A stretch of DNA of 64,000 bases from an uncultured Bacteroidia bacterium (lineage in GTDB: Bacteria > Bacteroidota > Bacteroidia > Bacteroidales > Prolixibacteraceae): the NCBI GenBank assembly GCA_903923905.1, contig CAIXZH010000004.1:69074-133073 (forward strand), read 5' to 3'. A program made the translations under genes and the position numbers. The notes under the pieces were generated by a model, which saw only the letters and a program-made list of their open reading frames with translations, did not search any database and was not told the origin of the DNA. Below are positions 26,548-36,796 of this stretch, one piece after another. How positions within the stretch are numbered: position 1 is the stretch's first letter; each line of letters opens with the position of its first letter.

Positions 26548-27876
26548 TTAAAATTTCTTACTGAGCTCAAATTCAAGTTCTTCCAGTGTTTTTCCTTTAG
26601 TTTCGGGAACAAATTGCCAGACATACAACGAGTTGGCCAGGCAGATCACGGCGAATATCAGAAAGGTGATCCCCCCGCTTAATTTCTGGAGCATGATTGG
26701 AAAGGTGACAGATACAATGGTGCAGGCGATCCAGAGGGTGACAATAGCCACGGACATCCCTTTGCTGCGAAGCCGGTTGGGGAATAATTCGGCAACGACC
26801 ACCCAGACTGCAGGTCCGAGTGAGGCGCTGAAAAAGGCGATATACCCCAGAATAAATACAAGCACCATAATGCCTGAGGTCTGCTTCATAAAATACAGGG
26901 CTGACAAACCCAGGAGCATGGTCATCATCCCAGCTGAGCCAAAGATCAACAATAATCTGCGGCCAAACCGATCGATCAGTGCCATCGCGATCAGGGTGAA
27001 AATCACATTTGTACACCCTATGGCGATGGTCTGAAGCAAAGCTGTTCCGTTGGAGTCACCCACACTGGCAAATATCTTGGGTGCATAATACATAATCGTG
27101 TTGATTCCTGTAATCTGCTGAAATACAGCCAGTATAATTCCAATGATCAGTAGCGGCCTTATTTTTGATTGTATTAAATCGCTGAAAACCGCCTCCTGAT
27201 GGATTTTCAATGTCTCTTCAATTTGGTGCAATTCACAACCGGCCAGCTCTTCTCCCGAGGTTTTGATTAAGATATTCAGCGCTTCCCTGCTGCGCATCCT
27301 GGCAACCAACCATCGCGGACTTTCTGGAACCAGAAACAAACTAAAAAAAAGCAGCACTGCCGGAGCTGCCATTACCAGCAACATCCATCGCCAATTGTTT
27401 ACACCCGTTCCAACAAGGAGGTAGTTACTGAAGAATGCGACCAGAATTCCGACAACAATGGCAAGTTGATTTAACGAAACCAATGAGCCCCGGTATTGAG
27501 CCGGTGCCAATTCTGCAATGTACATGGGAGAAAGGATTGAAGCCACACCAACTGCGAGTCCGCCCAGAATTCGTGCAATCAGAAAGTATAGGAGAGAATG
27601 GGCCGAGGCACTTCCTATTGCCGAGATAAAAAACAACAAGGCTGCAAACATGAGCACTTTTTTCCGTCCATAGTGATCCCCTGCTTTTCCGGCAAAAAAT
27701 ACGCCGCCAATGCAACCAAATAACAGGCTGCTCACAGTCCAGCCCAGGCCCGCTTCAGACAAACCAAAATAAGGCTGAATAAAATTGATGGTTCCTGAAA
27801 TTACAGCGGTATCGAAGCCGAACAGAAGTCCGCCCAATGCCGCAACGACAGATATCATGAGGACGTATCGATTCAT
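26548..27876 (-). CDS. MFS sugar porter (sugar:H+ symporter family)
   Basis: 442 aa, 12 TM. GFDTAVISG, GDHYGRKKVL, PESPRWL, PETKGKTLEELE. Confidence 0.9.
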   Translation of the reverse strand: MNRYVLMISVVAALGGLLFGFDTAVISGTINFIQPYFGLSEAGLGWTVSSLLFGCIGGVFFAGKAGDHYGRKKVLMFAALLFFISAIGSASAHSLLYFLIARILGGLAVGVASILSPMYIAELAPAQYRGSLVSLNQLAIVVGILVAFFSNYLLVGTGVNNWRWMLLVMAAPAVLLFFSLFLVPESPRWLVARMRSREALNILIKTSGEELAGCELHQIEETLKIHQEAVFSDLIQSKIRPLLIIGIILAVFQQITGINTIMYYAPKIFASVGDSNGTALLQTIAIGCTNVIFTLIAMALIDRFGRRLLLIFGSAGMMTMLLGLSALYFMKQTSGIMVLVFILGYIAFFSASLGPAVWVVVAELFPNRLRSKGMSVAIVTLWIACTIVSVTFPIMLQKLSGGITFLIFAVICLANSLYVWQFVPETKGKTLEELEFELSKKF

Positions 27877-27924
27877 TTTAGGTGGTTTAAGTATTGGTTA
27901 ATATTTTGCTTCCGGAATTCTCAT

Positions 27925-30798
27925 TTATTTTACCCTGATTATAGTGACCCCCCATGCCGGAAGTTCCGGATTTCCTGGTATTTCCTCCAGTTTTTCCTCT
28001 CCTGTATTGCTTTTCCAGACCTGTTGGATCGGATTCTTATTCGAAATAAGTTTGGTCCTTACACTTGAATCGGAAGAATTGAAAAGGGTAACCATCCATC
28101 CATCTCCGTCATCGCACGGCTTAAATGAGGTCACAAGAACCTGAGGTTGATCGGGATAGATTCCGGAAAAAACAGGAGTTTCCATGGAAGCCTGCTTAAT
28201 AAGTAAGGGCTGACTTAACCCTATGGCATATTTTGAATTCTCACTGGGCCTGAATTTCCTGTGAGGCCTCAGAGCATAGCGGAATGTTATTAATCCCTCC
28301 TGGTAAGCCCTGTAATTGGTCCCCCAATGATTGTTTATGGCCCATGAGAACAATATTTGGGTTGGTTCGATATGTTTTCTCCAGATGTCCGGATTGGTTT
28401 GTGATCCCAGCATCACCGCAGTGATTCCTCCCACCTCGAAGAGAGGTGCATCCAGGGTGACCAGCTCAATACCTGTGTTATTATTGGATACGTCGGCCCA
28501 CCTCCCTGCGGTCAGCCAGTTCTTGCAGGCACTTGGAATCTGGTCTTTTTCGGGTTGCATCACACCGTAAGGGACATCGATATTTATGTCGCCATGATTG
28601 ACCATGAACGGAAATGCAAAGTTTACACTCTCTTTTCCGCCCTTCTGTGCAAATTTCCAATCTCCTGGCTTAGGGTTTATTTCAGCCCGTTTTTTATCCA
28701 CAACGTTTACCAGTTCAACCTGGTCTTCTCCTGCAAAGACTCGCACTTCACGCAAAAGCTTGTTGCATCCCGAGGCTTCAGATTCGATAAGTAACGAAGC
28801 AACCAGCGGACCTTTCTCTTTTACCGTGATTTTAACCTGATCTGTTTTCCTGATATCGTTAATCTTATCCGATTCCAGAAATGCGTAATCATTTATTCCA
28901 TAACCCGAAGCACTATTCACCAGGTTAATGTCTTTTGCAGATACCGATTTTAAGGAAGAAATTGCACCTGTCCCAGGATCGATTGTGATTGAGATCAGTC
29001 CATTATCCATAGAGTTTTCCCCGATTTTTATATGCGCTGCAGAGAATGGTTTGCTGTCGGAAATGTGCAACCGCCTGGCTGAATAGGGGGGAAGAGATTT
29101 TACCAGGATGGCTAACTCTCTGGTCGATAACCGTTGCGATGGAATGAGCTTACCATCTGAACCGGTTACACAGTCACCAGCCTTTGATAATGAATCGGGG
29201 ATCATAACGACTTCAGACCGGCTCCAGGAGTTGGTGTTATAAATGTCGAGATCTGAACCCGGACCTTTTTTCTCATTCATTATCAGTCCCTTATCTAGCA
29301 AGTGATTTGACTGTCGGCCGGCATCAAGAACATATCCCTGTTTAATCGCCCACTGTTCTTTGGTCATCTTGTTTTCCGGATCGGTAACGCTGCACCAGGC
29401 TCCCCAGGTGTGTTCGGAGTAGAGGAGCACATTTTTCCAGGCTTCCTCAAATTCTGCGGCAGGATAACCTGCGGGATTTTTCATGGCCCAGATGGCTTCA
29501 GCCTGAGACAAGCGATCGGAATTAGCCCTGCTCATTCCGGTTTCGAGTGCCGAAGAACCGGCACCATCTTCCCAGTATGGGCTCCAATCCCCTTTGATCC
29601 GTTTCAACTGACTTCCAAATTTATGTTCAAATGCTTCGAACGCCTCACTTGTTGAGGAGATGATGAAGCGGGGATAGGTATACTTCGAATTCCAGTTGCT
29701 GATAAATTCACAAATCGCAGGATCGGGTTCGGCATTATCTCCATGACCGCTCCAACGCAGGTAGGCGATATCATAAGGATAATTTGTGGTGTTCAGCTGT
29801 GTGGCAAACTTATCGGCAAATTCAGTGGAGAGTTTACCGATCGTGTGAGACAGGGCATATCCCTTCAGGGGAACCCACACCAAAACTTTCTCCTGCCCGG
29901 ACGGTGAAACCCAATAAAATGGCTTATTTTCCCATTGAACCAGGATGTCACCGATCCGGTCGAAATAGTTGGGAGCCGTAGAAAAATATTTTATTCCGGC
30001 CTGTGCCATTGCGGTGACCGTCCCCCAGGTTTGCCCGGGAACATCACTGGTCATGGCAGAGGTAATGGGTACACCGGTCCTTTTGGCCAGCTCTGTGGAG
30101 AATTTAAACAACCTTGAAAGTTCCTCCGGACGGCACAATCCTGTTAACTCGTTAAGATACATTCCGTTTAATGCCACCTCACCACGGCTGACTGCATCCA
30201 GAAAATCCTTTCGTTGAGCCTCGTTCATACGGTTGAGATAAAGATCTGCGGCCCAGGCTACCTCCACATTCCATACAAACCTCGAACCCACGGGATACAG
30301 GGAAGTTCTTTTCGCAATTTCCATTCCTTTGACCAGGTTCTGAACCTGCTTATCCTGAACTACTGTCTGAATTTCGGTATACCCGATATCAGTATGGGAA
30401 TGAGGAAGAATATAGCATACCAGTTTTTTCACGGGTCTCAGGGTTATTTTCGCGTGATAGGGGGTCATCCCCCTGGATTCAATCGTTAATCCGGCGATTT
30501 TTATTTCAGTAACTGCTTTCACCGGAATTTCCAGACTATCAACACCCTTCTTAAACACAAAGGTGAACGGTTCATTGCCATCCACATGAACGATAACGAT
30601 GCATGAATCGGCTGAAAGGTTTGCTTTGATGAGGATCGGTTGAAATTCAACCTTGTTTTTTTCCAGAAGAAATGGCAAAGCCTTTATGCCCGTAATTTCA
30701 AGACCTGAACCCGTAGGTTGCTGAGCCATCGACGCGGAAATCATCAGGCATGTCACTAATAACAGGCTGAAAATTTGACGATTAAATCGGTTTTTCAT
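27925..30798 (-). CDS. GH38 alpha-mannosidase, secreted
   Basis: 957 aa with a signal peptide. The N-terminal catalytic motif ILPHSHTDIGYT and overall size fit Bacteroidota GH38. Confidence 0.75.
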   Translation of the reverse strand: MKNRFNRQIFSLLLVTCLMISASMAQQPTGSGLEITGIKALPFLLEKNKVEFQPILIKANLSADSCIVIVHVDGNEPFTFVFKKGVDSLEIPVKAVTEIKIAGLTIESRGMTPYHAKITLRPVKKLVCYILPHSHTDIGYTEIQTVVQDKQVQNLVKGMEIAKRTSLYPVGSRFVWNVEVAWAADLYLNRMNEAQRKDFLDAVSRGEVALNGMYLNELTGLCRPEELSRLFKFSTELAKRTGVPITSAMTSDVPGQTWGTVTAMAQAGIKYFSTAPNYFDRIGDILVQWENKPFYWVSPSGQEKVLVWVPLKGYALSHTIGKLSTEFADKFATQLNTTNYPYDIAYLRWSGHGDNAEPDPAICEFISNWNSKYTYPRFIISSTSEAFEAFEHKFGSQLKRIKGDWSPYWEDGAGSSALETGMSRANSDRLSQAEAIWAMKNPAGYPAAEFEEAWKNVLLYSEHTWGAWCSVTDPENKMTKEQWAIKQGYVLDAGRQSNHLLDKGLIMNEKKGPGSDLDIYNTNSWSRSEVVMIPDSLSKAGDCVTGSDGKLIPSQRLSTRELAILVKSLPPYSARRLHISDSKPFSAAHIKIGENSMDNGLISITIDPGTGAISSLKSVSAKDINLVNSASGYGINDYAFLESDKINDIRKTDQVKITVKEKGPLVASLLIESEASGCNKLLREVRVFAGEDQVELVNVVDKKRAEINPKPGDWKFAQKGGKESVNFAFPFMVNHGDINIDVPYGVMQPEKDQIPSACKNWLTAGRWADVSNNNTGIELVTLDAPLFEVGGITAVMLGSQTNPDIWRKHIEPTQILFSWAINNHWGTNYRAYQEGLITFRYALRPHRKFRPSENSKYAIGLSQPLLIKQASMETPVFSGIYPDQPQVLVTSFKPCDDGDGWMVTLFNSSDSSVRTKLISNKNPIQQVWKSNTGEEKLEEIPGNPELPAWGVTIIRVK

Positions 30799-30870
30799 TG
30801 AATTGTTATTTGGAATTGGGTTGTTTAATGGTGAATATTGTAAATAATTATTATTTGTTTTTGATTTTGT

Positions 30871-31440
30871 TTATTCAGACACCAACACCGGTTGCCCGTT
30901 AATTTCAATCAACCGTGCCGAAAAACCGTTCCCGGCAATTTCGTCATAATCGTGACCGGCATCTGAAGGCCAGCATGCGCCTACAACCAGGTTTTGATCA
31001 CCCGTATTGGCCAGACGGTGGGCAATATCTTGACCGATATAGTGGAGAGATCCCGGGTAAACCTCTTCTCCCCAAGTATTTCGGTCGCGATCCATGAGAA
31101 TTAGGACACCTTTCCCCTGAACACCCCAGTAAAATTCAGCACAGTCTGACTGCGCATGAAAATGCCCCTTGGTCATAAAATATTCCCGACCAACCTTTCC
31201 TGGCATGATTGTAGATACTCCAAAGAACAATCCTCCGGGAGTCCCTTCAGCGACCGGTTGCCACGACTGAACAGAGTACACTACCGTTTGGGAAGGAAAC
31301 TTTTTCACGGCCTCGTGATCCAAAAAGATGGGGGCAATTTCGTCCATTTGACGCTGCTGGAATTGAACTGCAGATCCTTTCATTTCAAAATTGGTCAGCC
31401 CAATTTCAACCGGTGATATGAATATTTTTAAATGTGTCAT
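30871..31440 (-). CDS. cupin-type (archaeal-type) phosphoglucose isomerase family protein
   Basis: 189 aa. YFMTKGHFHAQSDCAEFYWGVQGKGVLILM closely matches the Pyrococcus-type cPGI motif TKGHFHA....AE.Y....G.G. Its ATG overlaps the stop of the upstream GH2-like gene (ATGA). Confidence 0.75.
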   Translation of the reverse strand: MTHLKIFISPVEIGLTNFEMKGSAVQFQQRQMDEIAPIFLDHEAVKKFPSQTVVYSVQSWQPVAEGTPGGLFFGVSTIMPGKVGREYFMTKGHFHAQSDCAEFYWGVQGKGVLILMDRDRNTWGEEVYPGSLHYIGQDIAHRLANTGDQNLVVGACWPSDAGHDYDEIAGNGFSARLIEINGQPVLVSE

Positions 31441-33671
31441 TTACCTGCAGGGTTTAATTGATAAAAGGAATAATCCGTGGCCTTACCTATTTTCAGGAAC
31501 CTGCGGCTGATCACGGGATTACCGTTTTCAGGGGTAAATTCGGCGACAAGGATATAACCACCGCTCTGCGCCGGCATTAGGATTGAGACCGGGATGTCAG
31601 TTCTGACAAATGAATTAAGATTTACCGGGAAGTTTTGTTCTGCAAAACTTTTTCCTTCCTGATTAACCAGCCGGATTTTTACTGATCCGTTAACCGGCGC
31701 CGTTAGATTATTAATTCCAGTCAGGTTAAACAACAAGGTTGATCCCGGTTCGTGAGGCTGACTGTTTTTAAGGTACCGTTCGTCCGTGAGATTGATGTAG
31801 GTCGCGGCCGGTGCAAAGGCATGCCGGAACCAGTCGAGGGTGGGAGAGGGTTTCAGATCTTTGATATTTCCGATAAACCAGTCTCCGGTATATCCGTAAT
31901 TATTGGCAAGGTAACAGAAAGCCAGAACTCCTGCCGGATTAGGGTTGCTTCTGAGCCATTCGGTCTCCAGTTCCATCCAGTAAGCCTGAAATTCCCGGTT
32001 TTGGTCGGGGGTTGATTCTGAACCCAGATAATATTTATAGGTGAGTAGGGTCAGTTTGCTCGGTGTCCCGTTCCTCCATAGCCATACCCATCCGTATTCA
32101 TTGATGAGTTGAGGAACTCCGGCTCCGTCGATTCGCTGAATTACCTCAGGTTTGAAATTCAGGTTTCCCAGCGGATATGGATCTTTTTCAAAATTTGCAA
32201 ATGATTTCCAGGGCATTGGTCCCTGGTAGGGGTGAGGTTCATCCATGTCATCCTGAACCATATCTTCATTGGTCATATAACCTGCATCCCAGACACGTGT
32301 CGGATCGAGCTTTTTCAATTCGGGTATGAGGGTGTTGCCAATGAAATCATCTTTGTTTTCGTTGATGGCATCCCAGATTGCGATACTCGGGTGGTTGCCG
32401 TCGGACCAGACCCAGTCGGTATATTCCTTACGGATCTGATCGTCCCATCCGTGATTTTGCCAGTAAAGCCATTCGTTTTGGAACATCAGCCCGTATTCGT
32501 CGGCAAGATCGTACCAAAAATCTGGCGCTATGCCGACACAGATACGCATCATATTCCAGTTGAGCTTTTTAGGAAGATCAAATAAAAGTTTCTTCACCCA
32601 TTCATGATCCCAAACCAGGTTGCCACAGTCGGGATCTTCAAAGAATCGCTGGAGTGTAACATTGGTACCTCTGAGGATGATCTTTTCACCATTGAGATAA
32701 AAAAACTTTCCTTTCCGGGCAAAATCACGCATACCAAACTGTTTGGTGAGTTCATCTGAAATTCCTTCAGCGCTTTTTAATGTTGCTTTAACCAGGTAAA
32801 GAAAGGGTTTGTCGGGCGACCAACTGGTGAATTCCGGCATGGGAACTTCAAGCACTGCTTCTGTGAGATTATCCCTTTTGGCGATCAGCCGGCTGCTCTT
32901 GCGGGCAACTATCTTTCCGGATAATTTTTCAGCGATCGAAACATTCAGGGATACCGAATCACTCATCGCATCGCCGACGAATATCTGGGCAGGCCGAAGA
33001 TTCCGGAGTATTGCCTTGACTGTTATCATTCGGTTTGCAACCGATGGCAAAGCAATCAGGCGGTTAATTCTTACTTTCCCGGTGAACGAAATGAACACAT
33101 CATCCCAAATTCCGGGGAGATAATGCTCTTTTTCCTTATCGGTTCCTCCCGCTGCCTCACTGGGCAACCAAACCCTGTCGCCAACTTTGATCAGGATTTC
33201 GTTTTCGAATCCGAACTTAATCGCTTTTGTGATTGGAAAATCAATCGGGGTATAGCATGCCATAGAGGTACCCATATCAAATCCGTTTACATATACCTGG
33301 GTCACATACTGGCTTTTTTTGATGGTAATCATCGCTTCACCGGTTTCCAGATCCTTCGGAATATAAACAATCTTACGGTACCAGCTATACCGGGGGATGT
33401 AATCGATATCGTAAATGTTGTGCTGATCTTTGGCCACCACCTTATCGGGACGTTTGAAAAACTTGTCGTAATCTTCAATTTTAGGTGTTGCCAGATGGAC
33501 CAAACCTGGAACAGGAACCGTTCGTGTGAATTTTGCGGGTGGAAACGCACTGGTTGTCTGATCAAATTCCCACGTTCCGTTCAGGTTGATCGTGGTGCGA
33601 GGATCCTGCTGTCCAAAAGCCAAGTTTAAAGAGAAAAAAACAAACAAAAAGAGGATTGAAATTTTCATCAT
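31437..33671 (-). CDS. GH2-like (clan GH-A) glycoside hydrolase, secreted
   Basis: Signal peptide. LNGTWEF, AIWDAINEN, LINEYGWVWLW. Long colinear blocks shared with 24358..26490. Confidence 0.75.
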   Translation of the reverse strand: MMKISILFLFVFFSLNLAFGQQDPRTTINLNGTWEFDQTTSAFPPAKFTRTVPVPGLVHLATPKIEDYDKFFKRPDKVVAKDQHNIYDIDYIPRYSWYRKIVYIPKDLETGEAMITIKKSQYVTQVYVNGFDMGTSMACYTPIDFPITKAIKFGFENEILIKVGDRVWLPSEAAGGTDKEKEHYLPGIWDDVFISFTGKVRINRLIALPSVANRMITVKAILRNLRPAQIFVGDAMSDSVSLNVSIAEKLSGKIVARKSSRLIAKRDNLTEAVLEVPMPEFTSWSPDKPFLYLVKATLKSAEGISDELTKQFGMRDFARKGKFFYLNGEKIILRGTNVTLQRFFEDPDCGNLVWDHEWVKKLLFDLPKKLNWNMMRICVGIAPDFWYDLADEYGLMFQNEWLYWQNHGWDDQIRKEYTDWVWSDGNHPSIAIWDAINENKDDFIGNTLIPELKKLDPTRVWDAGYMTNEDMVQDDMDEPHPYQGPMPWKSFANFEKDPYPLGNLNFKPEVIQRIDGAGVPQLINEYGWVWLWRNGTPSKLTLLTYKYYLGSESTPDQNREFQAYWMELETEWLRSNPNPAGVLAFCYLANNYGYTGDWFIGNIKDLKPSPTLDWFRHAFAPAATYINLTDERYLKNSQPHEPGSTLLFNLTGINNLTAPVNGSVKIRLVNQEGKSFAEQNFPVNLNSFVRTDIPVSILMPAQSGGYILVAEFTPENGNPVISRRFLKIGKATDYSFYQLNPAGK

Positions 33672-33686
33672 CTAATTGATTAATTA

Positions 33687-35738
33687 TTATTTATGGGATA
33701 AATTAGAGGTTACAGGGAACATCGTAAGTCTGAATTTAGTGGTTCCATACGGGACTAAATCGATTTTAACAGGAGTCCCGTTTTCAATTGGTTTTTCAGG
33801 AAGAACTTTGTTTTCTGTGGGTATCCAGTTAAATTCCCGCGCCTTTACTTTTAGCTTTAAAGGGGAAGTAAGCGACCAGTTCCAGTGATCAGGCATTTTT
33901 GTTCGTTCAACCGTGATCAGTTGCTGTGCATCTTCCGGTTTTACATCCAATGCATAATTGAATTTTGCCCCTGATACCTCCTGATCCGGATTGATATCTG
34001 GAATTGGAAACGAAAACAGAATTGGTCCGTAATATACACAGGCATATGGGTTGCGGATTGTCGTATCTTTTGCCATTTTATGGTAATTGTCGAAATAGGA
34101 GATCTGAGGATAGGATGTTTCGTTGCCTTGAACTACCCGTGCGGTCATTGGTAAACCGATTTCAATCAGGTCATTTGCTTCCCATTTTTGAAAAAGTCTG
34201 ACAAAGCCATTCTCCTGTTTTACCATTTTCAGGGATTTTCCATTCACCTTTAGCGATGGATTGGCACACCATTCGGGAATACGCAGGTAGAGTGGAAACT
34301 CGGCAGATTCGGAAGGGATAACCGACATTTTGATCACTTCGTCGAATGGATAGTTGGTTTGGCAATTAATGGAAACTGAATTATTTTCGCCTACAACAGC
34401 TTTCACCTGACAAGGTCCGTACAATGTTGCAGCCAGACCATGATCGGCCGTAGCCATCCACATGTTCATCACAAAGTTGGGGAGAATCCGGCAATTATTG
34501 GCGACACAACACAATACAGAGTGGCCTAACCTGGTAAATTTAAAACAATCTTTTCCCGGGGAAGTTGGTTCCTCTCCTGGAAGTTGATTGTTGTAACGGT
34601 TCATGCTTTGGTAATAACACATGGTGGAGAAATCGCGTGCAACCGGTGCCGGCGCAGCATTAAAGAATATGTTTTCAATCTTATCCGAATATTTTTCTTC
34701 GCCGGTGATTTCCAAAAGCCGGTTAAACGTGTTGATGGCCGCCGAAATATCGCAGGTTTCAATATTACGTGTGGCTCCAATCCCGGCATGAAACTCCTCA
34801 CCCGAAGTGACACCTACCGGCAGAAGATTGGTGCTTTCGGCCCATTGAAGTGCCGTTAAAGTGGTACTTAGATCTTTTTGATCGCCTGAGAACTGGTAAA
34901 GCAGGGCTGGCACCCGGATATCTTCATAAAAAATTACATTATGACCAGGCTCCAATTTGCTGGCATTCCAGTTGGCTACAAGTGCCTGATATTGTTTCGT
35001 ATTTCCAAAGCTTTTGATATTCCGAAGAATTGCAGTATCTCCTGTGAGAAGGTATGTATCTGTCATGGGTTCGATATTTACTGATCCCGAGACTGCCCTG
35101 AAATGCTCAATCAGTTTTGGAAGCGAATAATTGCGGTAAACTTTTGTAAGTGCCTGCAGTACCCTCTCTTTACCAGATGCCTGATAATAGGCAACCAGCG
35201 CACGACCCATGTGGGAATGAGCCCAGCTGTTGAATTCAACCCAGCCTTGCGTGCTGTCGATCAGTGCTTTGGGAGGAAGCCAGTAGATGAAGGTTTGGCC
35301 ACCCCGCAAAACACCACCGACAACTGTATCAAGTCTGGCCGATGCCTTTTTGATTAAAGCCGAATCCTTAAGGATATATCCAAGCCTGATCGCTCCGTCG
35401 AGCCAGTAACTGCATTGCTCGAGCGGCCATCCGCCGCCGTTTGCCGTAGCTCCCCGGGCCTTGAAACCATAACCTTTCCAGGCCTCACCAAAGGTGGGTG
35501 AATACTCATCCAAATGACCGGTTATTCCGTAGGCAGCATCTTTTGCCCAGTCGAGGATCCACCCTTCCGGGGAAACAGCTCCGGGTTTAAGCGGAAAGAA
35601 GGCTGGTGAGATCCTTAGTCCGGAACTGTTTTTTACCATTGTGCCCGTGATATCGGGTGCCTGTTTGGAGGTACATGCCAGCAATGCCGTTGCTGTTATA
35701 AAAAGGAGTAGTGCCTGTCTGGCTATTTTCTTTTTCAT
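33687..35738 (-). CDS. GH127-like (DUF1680 / beta-L-arabinofuranosidase-type) glycoside hydrolase, lipoprotein
   Basis: Lipobox LLAC after MKKKIARQALLLFITATA. Six-hairpin N-terminal part and the Cys-rich block GHSVLCCVANNCRILPNF typical of DUF1680. The ORF-track start 35768 abuts the regulator stop, so 35738 is preferred. Confidence 0.7.
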   Translation of the reverse strand: MKKKIARQALLLFITATALLACTSKQAPDITGTMVKNSSGLRISPAFFPLKPGAVSPEGWILDWAKDAAYGITGHLDEYSPTFGEAWKGYGFKARGATANGGGWPLEQCSYWLDGAIRLGYILKDSALIKKASARLDTVVGGVLRGGQTFIYWLPPKALIDSTQGWVEFNSWAHSHMGRALVAYYQASGKERVLQALTKVYRNYSLPKLIEHFRAVSGSVNIEPMTDTYLLTGDTAILRNIKSFGNTKQYQALVANWNASKLEPGHNVIFYEDIRVPALLYQFSGDQKDLSTTLTALQWAESTNLLPVGVTSGEEFHAGIGATRNIETCDISAAINTFNRLLEITGEEKYSDKIENIFFNAAPAPVARDFSTMCYYQSMNRYNNQLPGEEPTSPGKDCFKFTRLGHSVLCCVANNCRILPNFVMNMWMATADHGLAATLYGPCQVKAVVGENNSVSINCQTNYPFDEVIKMSVIPSESAEFPLYLRIPEWCANPSLKVNGKSLKMVKQENGFVRLFQKWEANDLIEIGLPMTARVVQGNETSYPQISYFDNYHKMAKDTTIRNPYACVYYGPILFSFPIPDINPDQEVSGAKFNYALDVKPEDAQQLITVERTKMPDHWNWSLTSPLKLKVKAREFNWIPTENKVLPEKPIENGTPVKIDLVPYGTTKFRLTMFPVTSNLSHK

Positions 35739-35768
35739 AATTTCAGATATTATTTGATTATCAATCAC

Positions 35769-36782
35769 CTAAAATGAATTACGCAGATTCAGAAGAAACG
35801 GGTTGTCAATTTTTTCTTTTTTGCCATCCAGGATCATGGTTGCCATGCTCTTTCCCATCCGTGCAAAATCAGTAGATATGGTTGTTATCCCGGAGGCAAC
35901 GATCCCTTTTAAGGGAGCTTCATTATATGAGATAATTCCCATATCCTCTCCAAGGTGAAGTTGTTTCTCAATAGAATAACGAACAATAAATTCCAGATCA
36001 CGATCATCCACAACAATAAAGGCATCTCCCGGTTTTATATTGAATAACTGAAGGTCGCTGGTCACTTTAAAATCAATTGGCTGTTGTTTGCAAAAGTCGC
36101 GGATTCCGGTCATAATATCCCGGAAATGGGATTTCTGATGCCTGATGACCAACACAATCCGCATGTATTTCCCGACCAGGGTTGAATTTTGTTTCAGGAT
36201 ACGGTAGATATCCCGTTCAAAGTCCTGACAGACGTAAGGATAAATATCTTTATATTGCTTACGACCCTGATCCAGAATAAATACCTTGTTGTCTGGAAGT
36301 TTACGGATCAAAGGAATTGCATCGGGGTGGTCTACAGGCATAATCACAAATTCGGAGTAGTCGCCGATTGCCCCTTCGATAATGGTCTGGAACATCTTCA
36401 TATTATTATGATGAAAAAAGATCTGTTCGGTTCCATCCTTTCTCAGGGCCTCTTTAAACGAATCGTATAATTCCTCCTTGTAGGCAGTCAGCCGGTCGAA
36501 AACCAGCAGAACCTTGTGTTTATAGTCTGTATGCTCATTCTGAACAAAGTAGCCTTTCCCCACCTGGGAAGTGATAATCCCTTTGGATTTCAATTCATTA
36601 TATGCAGCTATTACGGTATCCTGCGACAACCTGTATTGTTGACAAAGGGAATTCAGGGAAGGGATTTTATCCCCTTTTCTGAGCTCTCCGAGTTTTATTT
36701 TTTGGTGAATCGCCTCAATGATCTGCCTGTATTTGGGAACCGAGGGATTCTCTTCAAACTGAATATCAAGAGCCTTCTTCAT
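35769..36782 (-). CDS. GntR-family HTH regulator with LacI/PBP1-type sugar-binding domain
   Basis: PKYRQIIEAIHQKIKLGELRKGDKIPSLNSLCQQYRLSQDTVIAAYNELKSKGII winged-helix region, plus a periplasmic-binding-protein-like C-terminal domain. Confidence 0.85.
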   Translation of the reverse strand: MKKALDIQFEENPSVPKYRQIIEAIHQKIKLGELRKGDKIPSLNSLCQQYRLSQDTVIAAYNELKSKGIITSQVGKGYFVQNEHTDYKHKVLLVFDRLTAYKEELYDSFKEALRKDGTEQIFFHHNNMKMFQTIIEGAIGDYSEFVIMPVDHPDAIPLIRKLPDNKVFILDQGRKQYKDIYPYVCQDFERDIYRILKQNSTLVGKYMRIVLVIRHQKSHFRDIMTGIRDFCKQQPIDFKVTSDLQLFNIKPGDAFIVVDDRDLEFIVRYSIEKQLHLGEDMGIISYNEAPLKGIVASGITTISTDFARMGKSMATMILDGKKEKIDNPFLLNLRNSF

Positions 36783-36796
36783 TTGTAAAACATCAG

